In this document: positions 9,959-19,382 of the stretch, piece after piece
How the letters are laid out: each line of letters begins with the position of its first letter
Numbering within the stretch: the first letter of the stretch is position 1
Origin: Candidatus Kapaibacterium sp.
GTDB taxonomy: Bacteria; Bacteroidota; Ignavibacteria; Kapaibacteriales; UBA2268
Length of the DNA stretch: 64,000 bases
Assembly: GCA_963664875.1 (NCBI GenBank)
Contig: OY761611.1
Coordinates: 3,200,001-3,264,000, forward strand
Direction: 5' to 3'
The notes under the pieces: model-generated
Told to the model about the DNA's origin: nothing
Database searches by the model: none
Seen by the model: only the letters and a program-made list of their open reading frames with translations
Position numbers and translations under genes: made by a program

Positions 9959-10948
9959 GTGCCTTACAGACGCAATAGTGGAGATTTGGATACAAATCAT
10001 AATGTTGTATTTATTTATCCTGCTGAGTTCAATCCACATCCGGGAATTAGCTATAGACCAATAAAAAATCAATATTATGCTGCTGATTGGACAAAAAATA
10101 TTATCTTGACAGACAGAATGGGGTCAACAAAGTTGGTGATTGGGCATGATTTTGAAGAAGGGTTCCGATATCTTCCATTCGGAAAGCAGATACCTATGGG
10201 AGACGACGACCAGCGCACCGCCTACATCGGCAAGGAACTTGACCGAGAAAGTGAACTGGGCGACCACGGCGTGCGTAAAGTAGATTACGGGCTGGGCAGG
10301 TTTACTACGATAGATCCTCTGTGGGAGAAATATTATGCCTGGTCACCGTACCAGTATAGTATGAATAATCCGGTGAGTTTTTTGGATGAGAATGGATTAT
10401 TTAAAGAAGTTGCAGGAGGAGATGGTGATGGAAAAGGATATGATTTAGTTAATTTAGATAAAAATGGTAAAAGGTTGCCAATCGCCATGCCAATTGACAA
10501 TCTAGGTTCAGTCTGGGATGTAGATCTAACAACTGAAAGTGGGACAACTATTCCAACAACAAGAAGGATGGCCATGCATGATGCAGGTCCAGATAATTGT
10601 GTTGGATTTGCTTTTACTGAAACTCAAGTTTATCAAATAGATCCATCCTTCACAGATAAAATTCTTAAGGGCGATAAATATGAAAATATAGATAAAATAT
10701 CAGAAGTGCAAACTGGTGACGTTGTAGTTTTTAGGAATACTGATAATGTAGTTACTCATGCAGGCATTGTGTCAAAAGTTATTAAAGATAAAGATGGCAA
10801 TGTGAAAGATGTGATTTATAAATGGAGAGATGCAAATACAATGAAATATGATAAAACTGATCCTAAAAATGGGGACATAAAATATAACGAAACATCCGTA
10901 AATGACGGAACTCATGGGAAAGAAAAAAAATCATACTATAGAAAATAG
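9959..10948 (+). CDS. Orphan Rhs core fragment plus C-terminal toxin (papain/NlpC-P60-like), 5'-truncated
   Basis: TDRMGS..YLPFG..YIGKELDRES..GRFTTIDP..SPYQYSMNNPVSFLDENG Rhs core; C-terminus has NCVGFA and THAGIV; frame open from a stop at ~9899 with no convincing start. Confidence 0.85.
   Translation: MPYRRNSGDLDTNHNVVFIYPAEFNPHPGISYRPIKNQYYAADWTKNIILTDRMGSTKLVIGHDFEEGFRYLPFGKQIPMGDDDQRTAYIGKELDRESELGDHGVRKVDYGLGRFTTIDPLWEKYYAWSPYQYSMNNPVSFLDENGLFKEVAGGDGDGKGYDLVNLDKNGKRLPIAMPIDNLGSVWDVDLTTESGTTIPTTRRMAMHDAGPDNCVGFAFTETQVYQIDPSFTDKILKGDKYENIDKISEVQTGDVVVFRNTDNVVTHAGIVSKVIKDKDGNVKDVIYKWRDANTMKYDKTDPKNGDIKYNETSVNDGTHGKEKKSYYRK
10171..10396 (+). repeat. Rhs-core direct repeat, copy 1
   Basis: Near-identical to 12748-12978 and 14029-14125 (cgcctacatcggcaa.gaacttgaccgagaaag.gaactgggc...tttactacgatagat); visibly GC-richer than flanks. 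Confidence 0.95.
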
Positions 10949-11020
10949 TACGACGCTAGAATGATGCAAAGATATTCACTGTAAAATATTTACTATTCTT
11001 ATAAATAAATAGGAACAGAT

Positions 11021-12646
11021 ATGAAATACATACATATATTATACTTATCGTTATTAGGATTAGTTATTACATCCTGCGATAAACTGCTGCATTATTCAAT
11101 GGATAACAAAGTATTACCTATTCACAAAGATGGTAAGTATGGATTTATAGATCCACTTGGGAATTTGCTTATAGATTATAGGTACTTTGAGCCAATAGAA
11201 TTTCACTATGGGCCAATAGAATTTTACGATGAATATGCTATTGTAAAAGAAGATAGTAAGTATGGAATAATAGATATGCATGGAGATTTTGTACTGGAAC
11301 CCAGATATTCTGAAATACATTACATAGCAAGATACCCAAACTACTTTACAAAATTGGAAGTATCAAATTTTGAAATAATGGATGATAGTATTAGATATAT
11401 TTTTTGTGCAAATACTAGGGAACTTATAAAAACCAGTTTTCATCACTTCAGATATTGGAAAAATCAGAAGTTTATAGCAGAAAATGACTCAAATAATGAT
11501 GGTGTAGTTGGTTTCTATGGAGATACAATTGTTCCATTTAAATATAGAGAAATAGAAGCTTTGGATTCAAACAGTGTTAATCATGAGCCACTACATATTT
11601 TTAGAAAGAAAATAAATATGGATTATGCTATAACTGAGAAAAATGGAAAAGACGGTATAATTCATATTTCTGGAAGAGAAATTGTACCAACTAAATATGA
11701 TAACATTGGCTCATTTGTAGATAATTTAGCTTTTGTTATCAATAATAATAAAATAGGTGTAATTGATACCAGCGGAAAAGAGATTATTGAGTGTAAATAT
11801 GACAACATCCAAGGTGATAGGAATTTATCTTATTCAAGTTTAAGAAATGGTTTCTTCCTAACCAGTATCGGTAATAATCCGATTAAGGCAAGATTGGGCG
11901 ACTACTGGGGATATATCAATTTGAAGGGCGAAACTGTGATTGATTTTGAGTTTGAAGAAGGGCATACATTTTATGATGGCATAACAAGTGTAAAGAAAAA
12001 TGGTAAATGGGGAGTTATTGATTCCTTAGGCAAAACAATCATACCTTTTATATATGATGATGCCGGTTCTCCTGCTGAAAATAGAGTACCTGTAAAAATA
12101 AATGATAAGTGGGGATTGATTGATCTATATGGCAAAATTATACTTCCTTTTGAATATGACTATATACGATTTAGAGTAGATAATAGATATCCTTATTTAG
12201 AAACAAAAGTGGTCGTGCATAAGAAAAACATTGGAAAAGTTTTTGATGTGAAAAAGGATGTATTTTTTACACAAGAATCAACCGGAATTGATTTCTGGCC
12301 CTGCTATTATCTAAACTATTCTGACAAAGGTATAAATTATTTATATTTTGACTCTCATAACCAACCAGGATTAGTGGATTTGGAAGGTAATCTAATCATA
12401 GATCCGAAAGATGATTTTAAAAAAATATATACATGGCACATTGACGAAGGATTTTTAATACTTTCAAAAAAAGACAGTTCAGATAGATATTATAATCAAA
12501 TATATGATTTGGAAGAAAATAGATTGCTTAAAAATAGATATTTAGAAGCCAGGTACGAAGGTAACGGAGTTATAAAGGTTGAGTTATTTGACAGCACAAT
12601 GGGTTATATAAATACCAAAGGCAAGTGGATATGGAAACCAGAGTAG
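11021..12646 (+). CDS. WG-repeat lipoprotein, probable immunity protein
   Basis: Lipobox LVITSC; multiple KYGFID/KWGVID/YWGYIN WG repeats; directly follows Rhs-CT 1. Confidence 0.85.
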   Translation: MKYIHILYLSLLGLVITSCDKLLHYSMDNKVLPIHKDGKYGFIDPLGNLLIDYRYFEPIEFHYGPIEFYDEYAIVKEDSKYGIIDMHGDFVLEPRYSEIHYIARYPNYFTKLEVSNFEIMDDSIRYIFCANTRELIKTSFHHFRYWKNQKFIAENDSNNDGVVGFYGDTIVPFKYREIEALDSNSVNHEPLHIFRKKINMDYAITEKNGKDGIIHISGREIVPTKYDNIGSFVDNLAFVINNNKIGVIDTSGKEIIECKYDNIQGDRNLSYSSLRNGFFLTSIGNNPIKARLGDYWGYINLKGETVIDFEFEEGHTFYDGITSVKKNGKWGVIDSLGKTIIPFIYDDAGSPAENRVPVKINDKWGLIDLYGKIILPFEYDYIRFRVDNRYPYLETKVVVHKKNIGKVFDVKKDVFFTQESTGIDFWPCYYLNYSDKGINYLYFDSHNQPGLVDLEGNLIIDPKDDFKKIYTWHIDEGFLILSKKDSSDRYYNQIYDLEENRLLKNRYLEARYEGNGVIKVELFDSTMGYINTKGKWIWKPE

Positions 12647-12688
12647 TTATTATGTATGAATATATTTTACAAAGTATAAAATATATTC

Positions 12689-12724
12689 AAAGACTCAAGC
12701 CCAAAAAAGCTTGAGTCTTTTTAT
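12689..12724 (+). terminator. Rho-independent terminator
   Basis: aaagactcaagc-loop-gcttgagtcttt followed by T-run. Confidence 0.8.
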
Positions 12725-12747
12725 TAAATAAACCGAAAATATGTTCA

Positions 12748-12978
12748 TCTTCCATTCGAAAAAAAAGCAGTAACTTCTGTAGTGACGCCAACCAGCGCAC
12801 CGCCTACATCGGCAAAGAACTTGACCGAGAAAGCGAACTGGGCGTCCACGGCGTGCGTAAAGTAGATTACGCACTGGGCAGGTTTACTACGATAGATCCA
12901 CTGTGGGAGAAGTACTACGCGTGGTCTCCGTACCAGTATAGTATGAATAATCCTATTAGCTTTTTGGATGAGAATGGA
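12748..12978 (+). repeat. Rhs-core direct repeat, copy 2
   Basis: Matches copy 1; the 5' LPF(G/E)K part is out of frame with the downstream core across an A8 run. Confidence 0.95.
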
Positions 12979-13587
12979 ATGAATCCTATTTATGGTCAAG
13001 ATGGTGTATTATTGGGAACTGATGATAATGGACTTCAGGGCGATGCCATTATCATGCATGAAGCTGATTTTAAACAAGGGATGTCCTATAATGATGCAAT
13101 GAAGTATAATTTGGGATTGAATGGTTTAGTAGATCAAGAAGCTATAGACAAATATACTGCAAGCTTTGAAGGATTAAAGGATCGTCCAGATTGGGATGGT
13201 TATTTGACATTGGAAGAAGCAAATGACTGGTATCAAAATGGAGATGGTCAGCCCCTGTTTACTGCATTAGACAAAATTGATCTTTCCGGTATTTTTTCAT
13301 TTGGTGATAAATATGTAGGAGAAGAAAAAACTTTTAATTTATTGTTTAATAGCTGTTCTTTAAATGATGGCTTAGTCTATGGAAATATTACATTAAAACG
13401 CTACCCAAATAATTCAGTGAGAGCTTATGCGGATACTTACGATTTTGATATGAAATCTTGGTGGAATCCATTGAATTGGGCAAGAAATTATGAAGCAAAA
13501 ATTGGAAACATTGTTGCTGGTCAAGGTAAAGCTTATCAAATTAATATCTATGGCAGTAAAAAATTAACTACTTTATTTGGTGGATAA
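12853..13587 (+). CDS. Orphan Rhs C-terminal toxin, colicin M-like
   Basis: Rhs core end (SFLDENG) then a domain with GNITLK, VRAYADTYDF and GKAYQINIYG, resembling the colicin M catalytic domain; no proper start. Confidence 0.75.
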   Translation: MRKVDYALGRFTTIDPLWEKYYAWSPYQYSMNNPISFLDENGMNPIYGQDGVLLGTDDNGLQGDAIIMHEADFKQGMSYNDAMKYNLGLNGLVDQEAIDKYTASFEGLKDRPDWDGYLTLEEANDWYQNGDGQPLFTALDKIDLSGIFSFGDKYVGEEKTFNLLFNSCSLNDGLVYGNITLKRYPNNSVRAYADTYDFDMKSWWNPLNWARNYEAKIGNIVAGQGKAYQINIYGSKKLTTLFGG

Positions 13588-13975
13588 AATGAAAAATTGG
13601 AAAATATGGATTGGCAGTCTTATATTGTTTCTATACTTAATGTTATCACTAACCTGTGATTTCGATAGTACGGATTTAGGCAGTAATTTTATTTATAATG
13701 ACGAACATAGACATATTATTGGCAAAGTAGATATTCCCCCAAGAATTATTTCTTATGATTATGATAATCAGTTTATAATCGTTAAGCAAAAGCCTGATAA
13801 ATATAATAACGTTATTTATGATAAAAGAGAATATGTATATCCATTAGGACGAGACACTATCTATTATTGGATAATTATAAAAGCTAAAGAAAAAGTTATT
13901 GGACCTTTAGATTTTGACAAATACAAAGAACTCAAAAAAGAATATCATGTATCTAAAGATTTGATTTTAGAATAG
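13577..13975 (+). CDS. Probable immunity protein (DUF3997-like, N-terminal membrane anchor)
   Basis: Overlaps toxin stop; hydrophobic N-terminus ending LSLTC; IPPRIISY..FIIVKQKP..YYWII..VIGPL pattern. Confidence 0.7.
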   Translation: MVDKMKNWKIWIGSLILFLYLMLSLTCDFDSTDLGSNFIYNDEHRHIIGKVDIPPRIISYDYDNQFIIVKQKPDKYNNVIYDKREYVYPLGRDTIYYWIIIKAKEKVIGPLDFDKYKELKKEYHVSKDLILE

Positions 13976-14028
13976 TTGATACAGGTCAAAACTCAAATAC
14001 TTCAAAGATGGAGTTTTGTATTATTTAT

Positions 14029-14125
14029 CGCCTACATCGGCAAAGAACTTGACCGAGAAAGCGAACTGGGCGACCACGGCGTACGTAAAGTAGATTACGA
14101 GCTAGGTAGGTTTACTACGATAGAT
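14029..14125 (+). pseudogene. Rhs-core direct repeat, copy 3 (empty cassette, no toxin)
   Basis: Encodes AYIGKELDRESELGDHGVRKVDYELGRFTTID, then runs directly into a terminator. Confidence 0.9.
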
Positions 14126-14130
14126 AGTAT

Positions 14131-14182
14131 AAAAACAGCTAACAGGGAATTGAAATAGATTCTTGTTAGCTGTTTTTTTTTT
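14131..14182 (+). terminator. Rho-independent terminator
   Basis: aaaaacagctaacag...cttgttagctgttttt followed by a long T-run. Confidence 0.8.
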
Positions 14183-14293
14183 ACTTCCCAAAAATTTTAC
14201 TAAAACTCTCTATTGCCTTATCTCTGCTCACTTGGGGCTGAACCACGGCACTTCTTCATCATCTGCCGTAAATTCAGATATACAGTCTGTCAG

Positions 14294-14308
14294 TTTTGAG
14301 ACAGCCTC
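14294..14308. mobile_element. Solo IS/MITE terminal inverted repeat
   Basis: ttttgagacagcctc differs by one base from the ttatgagacagcctc right ends at 19190 and 24035. Confidence 0.55.
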
Positions 14309-14634
14309 CCAAGAAACAAGATAGGACATGTATTGATTTGTCTGATGACTGTATAGGTTAAATCATATTTGAGATAATTCTTCGCAAAATTCAAACTAAA
14401 CTTGATTCCCCTAAATAATGAAATAACGATCTTTTCCTTCTCCTCAACCTTCACTCTCCCAATAAACTGCACTCCAATATTTTTGGTATAGTTTATGCAT
14501 GAAAACAGTTGCGTAGTGTAATGTGGAAAACTTTTCATACTTATACCGCTAAATTCCTTGTGAATAATGTGTTAAATGTACTATCTTTGGATTGGGGACT
14601 TATGTACTTAATAAGAGAATCAGTGATAAGTACC

Positions 14635-17600
14635 GTGAAAATCGGAAAACTCAAATATGACCTATCTTGTTTGATAGCAATGGTTTTTGCTCTTCCATTT
14701 CTTTTTATGGAGGCAAATGCTCAGGTGAATAATGCCAGCCCTGTGAATTGGCGTTATCCTAATGGCAATCCTGAAGCCACCAAATTTATTTCTGCAAAAT
14801 CCGAAAAGCAGGATATTGACTCTTTCCTTGTAAAATGGTCAAGCCCTGACATCTCTGGCGATGTACAGCCACTTATCGGCAATGTGGTCAATAACGGTAA
14901 GCTTATGAGCGAATTTCGATACGCTCCTAATGAGATTGCCGCTGTGATTGGCGACGAACTTGTCGTCATTTCCGGAACCGGTCGCCTACTGAGTAAGGCT
15001 TCTTTCTCCGACGGCATGGAGGGCGTAACTCCTCAGGGGATTAAAGGGATCTCGCTGCTTTTTGACTCTACCTCCGCCGGAGTTGGACTCCAAGAGCAGG
15101 GGATAATGCTAATGGCTCTTGAGACCATCGAGTATCAAAACGAAGATACTTTGGCTTACTCCTACGTAGCGGGCTATGATGCTGTGAATAACAATCTTAA
15201 AATGCTTCGCAGACTTGCAATAGATTTGAGAGAATTCGATCCAAATGTTTCTGCAAGTATCAAACCGGTTTTCGCTAAAACAGAAAACGGTGAGCATTTG
15301 ATATATGCCACTGTAAACATGGCTTATCCTCAAATTTCAGGTTCCGGCAATCCTGCAAACGCTCCTTATTTCAGAGGACTGACTGTATTCAATACGGGTG
15401 GCAACTTAAACTCATTCCCGCTTCCTAATGTGGGAGATGACCTTGACTACCGATTAAATCTCGGACCGGAAGTTTCTTTTGCAACGCCTTCGATTTCTTA
15501 TGTTAGTGGACAAAATTCCATTTTGCTTCCTGTTTTTAATTCAACAGAGCTGCAGGAGGGAATAGATGCCAATCCAAATGTTACCGACATAGGAATTACC
15601 TATTCAGATAGACCTTATTTGCTTGGATTTAACACATTGTCGAACGGATTGGGACAGAGTGTATTCCCTCAGGATTTATCATTTATCGCAGACGGAATCA
15701 CTCGTCCGGTAATTATTCCTTATTACATAGATTTGCAAGATCCGACTTCCAATCAGGATAAATTTATTCTTCTGACGGAACAATACAAAGGAATAGACGG
15801 TTCATTCGGAACTTCTCGCCTCCATCTTTACTATGCAAAAGACGATGGAAGCGGTATTATGGCAGGGGATCCGATTACTATAGTAGATGATTTGTTCAAT
15901 CCACCTTTCAAAGGCGGAAAAAATCATTTTTGGTCAGTGGCAGTAGGTAATGTAGATGGTAATGCAACCAATACATGGGACGAATACTACCCTAATAATC
16001 CCGGCAAAGAGCTGATAATTACTCAGAGCTCCAAAGAGTTCGCTTATGCTTCTTCAAAATTATATATAATGAGATATAATTCCGGGCCTGCTATTCCAAA
16101 GGCAAATCTTCCAAATGAATACCTGTTCCCATTTGATACAATAGCAACTACAAAAATAAACGGTTGGGTTGCAGCGGTCAATGATTTAGATGGAGCAGAT
16201 GACGGAAAAGACGAAATTGTACTTGTCGATGGATCAAAATTATTAGTAGTTCGCTTGAGAGACTATACTGACAAACGATTCCAAACAGGTAAAATATTAG
16301 ATACTCTCTTTATAAAAGAGTTTTCTATGCAGACTATTTCATCGGTGGCTATCGCAGATTTGGAAGGCGACGAGCTTAATGACATTATCGTTACCACATA
16401 CGACAGCACTTATGCCATTGGACTAAATAAAATCAAACCGCTGAAAGTATTATACCCGAGTGAATATCAGGAGCCCGGCTTAGAGATATGCTATGGCGAT
16501 ACACTCGACATAATCTGGGAAAACCTGCTTGGTAACACGTTTGACGTGATTATGAAGTTTCAGGAATATTTAGGCGACGAGCCGGTCAATAATGCAATTT
16601 TAATTGATGACGAAATAAAGAACTTGACTGATACCTTAGTTTATTTGTATATTGCAGATACATTAGTTGCCGGAAAAACAGGAAGATTCATTTTAGAGTC
16701 AGCATCCAACCCCGGCGTACTTTGCGACACTACTACATTGCTGAGTTTCGGCTATCCTGATATAGTATTTGACGAATTGTCGGAAGATTACTACAGAGTT
16801 GGCGAAATAATTACTCTCACAGGCACGGTTTCCTGCGTAGATTCAGCAGAAGTAGAGTGGAGCGAAGATAATTTAACATGGAATAAAATATGTGACTTAG
16901 ATAATTGTCATATACATATGGGAGAAATTTCACAATTTGCAATAAATTTCGAAATTCCATGCGTTAATTTATATAATTGTTCGTCTCCCGATGTAGATAG
17001 CATTATTTATGTTAGATTAAATCTCAAAAAAGCAGATTACCAGAGCTTTTCGGAAGCTCTACCTATAAAAGTAAAACCGGCACTTGCTCCGGTAGAATTT
17101 GAAAAATCTGAAACTGCCTGTCCAAATGTTCGTATATCTTGGCAGGCAAACGATATAGAATATACTTGCGATACAATTTCAGTCTCCATTTCAGCAGATT
17201 TGGGGCAGACCTTTACAATGATTGACAGAGTGGCTACTATTCAGGAGGAATATATCTGGAATGTACCTCTTAATATGCCCGACACATTGGTATTACGTGT
17301 TTGCTGCGAAAGCTCCTGCGTAAGGACTGACACAGTAATAACTGACTATAAACCAAAATACATTGAAATTGTAGCACCTAACCCGTTTAGACCTCCTCTC
17401 GAAGAAGCCAGAGTAGTCTATAGGGTACCCGAAGAAACTAACGTAACTCTACGAATATATGACCAAAGCGACAGACTTGTAGCAGAACCTATTGCTAATG
17501 TGCCACGTTCGCCCGGAATTGCTTATTGTGAAACTTGGGATGGTACTAAAGAAAACGGTTCCCCTGCCGCTAACGGTATGTACTACATAAGCTTAGAGTT

Positions 17601-17646
17601 TTCGAGCGGAGCGAAAGAAATATATCCGCTGTACTTAGTAAAATGA
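14635..17646 (+). CDS. Large secreted protein with FG-GAP-like Ca-binding repeats and T9SS/FlgD-Ig C-terminal domain
   Basis: Signal ..FLFMEANA|Q; GNVDG, DLDGADDGKDEIV, ADLEGDELNDIIV repeats; C-term APNPF..IYD..WDG..NGMYY. Start uncertain (14509-14680). Confidence 0.8.
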   Translation: MKIGKLKYDLSCLIAMVFALPFLFMEANAQVNNASPVNWRYPNGNPEATKFISAKSEKQDIDSFLVKWSSPDISGDVQPLIGNVVNNGKLMSEFRYAPNEIAAVIGDELVVISGTGRLLSKASFSDGMEGVTPQGIKGISLLFDSTSAGVGLQEQGIMLMALETIEYQNEDTLAYSYVAGYDAVNNNLKMLRRLAIDLREFDPNVSASIKPVFAKTENGEHLIYATVNMAYPQISGSGNPANAPYFRGLTVFNTGGNLNSFPLPNVGDDLDYRLNLGPEVSFATPSISYVSGQNSILLPVFNSTELQEGIDANPNVTDIGITYSDRPYLLGFNTLSNGLGQSVFPQDLSFIADGITRPVIIPYYIDLQDPTSNQDKFILLTEQYKGIDGSFGTSRLHLYYAKDDGSGIMAGDPITIVDDLFNPPFKGGKNHFWSVAVGNVDGNATNTWDEYYPNNPGKELIITQSSKEFAYASSKLYIMRYNSGPAIPKANLPNEYLFPFDTIATTKINGWVAAVNDLDGADDGKDEIVLVDGSKLLVVRLRDYTDKRFQTGKILDTLFIKEFSMQTISSVAIADLEGDELNDIIVTTYDSTYAIGLNKIKPLKVLYPSEYQEPGLEICYGDTLDIIWENLLGNTFDVIMKFQEYLGDEPVNNAILIDDEIKNLTDTLVYLYIADTLVAGKTGRFILESASNPGVLCDTTTLLSFGYPDIVFDELSEDYYRVGEIITLTGTVSCVDSAEVEWSEDNLTWNKICDLDNCHIHMGEISQFAINFEIPCVNLYNCSSPDVDSIIYVRLNLKKADYQSFSEALPIKVKPALAPVEFEKSETACPNVRISWQANDIEYTCDTISVSISADLGQTFTMIDRVATIQEEYIWNVPLNMPDTLVLRVCCESSCVRTDTVITDYKPKYIEIVAPNPFRPPLEEARVVYRVPEETNVTLRIYDQSDRLVAEPIANVPRSPGIAYCETWDGTKENGSPAANGMYYISLEFSSGAKEIYPLYLVK

Positions 17647-17685
17647 TTTTTCAGTTTTCACATTCATAAATAAAAAGGTATTGTC

Positions 17686-18387
17686 ATGAGAATTTTGGTT
17701 ATCGAAGACGAAAGAAAAGTAGCCAGCTTTATCAAACATGGTTTGGAAGAAGAACGCTACATCGTTGAAACTGCTGCAGATGGTGTTTCAGGTCTTGAAA
17801 TGGCTATGAACAACCACTTTGACGCTATTTTGCTTGATGTTATGCTTCCTGGTAAAGATGGTTTTACAGTATTGCAGGAATTGCGTGATGCAGGTGTTGC
17901 TACTCCTGTATTGATGCTTACTGCTCGCGGCACAACTGAAGATCGCGTTGCCGGTCTTGACCTTGGTGCTGACGACTATTTGCCAAAACCATTTAGCTTC
18001 GAAGAGCTTGCTGCTCGCTTGAGATCTATCTTGCGCCGCTCAAGTCCTGAAAAATCAACTAAATTGCGTTGCGGCGATTTGATTCTTGATACTGTATCTC
18101 ACTTAGCTTACCGTTTCGGTAAAGAAATCGAGTTGACTACAAAAGAGTATGCTCTTTTAGAGTACTTGATGAGAAACAAAAACCGCATCTTGAGCCGTTC
18201 TACAATCACTCAGCATGTTTGGAAACACAACTTTGACCCTGAATCAAACATCATCGACGTATATATCAAACGTCTTCGCTCTAAAATTGAATCTGATGAT
18301 GCTAAACCATTGATCCAGTCAATCCGTGGTGTTGGTTACAGAATGAGAGAAACTTCTACAGACGAAGAAGTTAATCTTGGACGCTAA
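17686..18387 (+). CDS. OmpR/CusR-family response regulator
   Basis: ILVIEDE, LLDVMLP, GADDYLPKPF receiver; LTTKEYALL..IDVYIKRLR..IRGVGY winged helix. Confidence 0.96.
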   Translation: MRILVIEDERKVASFIKHGLEEERYIVETAADGVSGLEMAMNNHFDAILLDVMLPGKDGFTVLQELRDAGVATPVLMLTARGTTEDRVAGLDLGADDYLPKPFSFEELAARLRSILRRSSPEKSTKLRCGDLILDTVSHLAYRFGKEIELTTKEYALLEYLMRNKNRILSRSTITQHVWKHNFDPESNIIDVYIKRLRSKIESDDAKPLIQSIRGVGYRMRETSTDEEVNLGR

Positions 18388-18408
18388 AATTAAGCGATTT
18401 CATATATT

Positions 18409-18446
18409 AAAAGGGGAACTTTGATTAAAGCTCCCCTTTCTTTTTG
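18409..18446 (+). terminator. Rho-independent terminator
   Basis: aaaaggggaacttt-gatt-aaagctcccctttc followed by T-run. Confidence 0.8.
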
Positions 18447-18849
18447 AATGAACTTTAACCGCTCACGTAATATATTACATTTCGCAATTCAATAGCTATT
18501 CTTCAAAATTAAGTCCCAAATCCTTGAATATTTTTTATTATAAAATATTTTTGAGTTTAATTAGCTTTTATTTTAACGTTTAAAATTGAAAAAAACACAG
18601 TATCTTAGCACAAACTCTCGTTTGATATTTGTTACTCAATCTCTTTTAATTAAAGGGTTTGCAGCAATTTTAATATCAAACTCGATTTATTAGCTCAGTT
18701 TTATAAGCCAAATCTCGTTCTTTGATTTAACCCTGATTTGTCATTAGAATAATAGCAAATTCAATATAACTTCCTATTTATAAGTGAATTATCACATTAA
18801 AAAGACAATCGAATTAGTAAGATTTCCTTGCCATTGTTAGGGAAGTTTT

Positions 18850-19255
18850 TAATCATAAGGGGTCAACTACACTTCGGCAGGCTCAGTGCATCGCCCCGCC
18901 CTTCGGGCACCCATTCTTCCCAAGAAGGGGAATGAAAATTGGGGCTGTCTCATAAGTACCCTCTATATTTTTTTAGACTTATTTCGTGCGAAAAATATTA
19001 ATACAATAGGAGGCTGAAAGCCTCAAATATATTAGCCCGGGGCAACGCCCCGGGAAAGATAAGTCATTGAAATATAGAGCCCTGTAAGGGCGACCAGCTT
19101 GAGACGCAATCATTGCGTCTCTACATTTTGCTTAACTCAGATCACATACTGTATTGAGTAATCGTCAAGATAATATAGATTGTTTTGATTTATGAGACAG
19201 CCTCTGGCAGGTCGAAGACGTGACGGGGTGTTCAAATACCACAGGCTTATGATTA
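18850..19255. repeat. Composite REP-like palindrome cluster enclosing a MITE
   Basis: Outer IR taatcataag/cttatgatta; cacttcggcaggctcagtg; ccccgcccttcgggcacc..aaggggaa; tggcaggtcgaagacgtgacggggtg. Confidence 0.65.
18941..19204. mobile_element. MITE-like element, 264 bp, TIR (g/a)ggctgtctcataa
   Basis: Terminal inverted repeats ggggctgtctcataa / ttatgagacagcctc; non-coding; near-identical copy at 23757-24049; internal palindromes ggctgaaagcc, cccggggcaacgccccggg, gccctgtaagggc, gagacgcaatcattgcgtctc. Confidence 0.8.
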
Positions 19256-19382
19256 GAATCTACTATTTCAAAATTTTCTAATGACATTTTTGGGTTTAAG
19301 AGCTATACACAAAAAAAAGACGCCACATTTTGTGCGTCTTTATCGATATCATAAAAATTTTAGTGGGAAATGGTTTACAAGC

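Noticed and set aside
12759-12766. A8 tract as a phase-variation switch for Rhs cassette 2
   Set aside because: No good upstream start or SD and no delivery domains; more likely decay.
10171-14125. Three direct repeats read as a CRISPR array, attC sites or DGR template/variable repeats
   Set aside because: They are 100-230 bp, encode Rhs core sequence, are kb apart and non-palindromic; no cas, integrase or reverse transcriptase gene is present.
18447-18849. Possible gene remnant or ncRNA in an AT-rich gap
   Set aside because: No sustained ORF or recognisable RNA structure.
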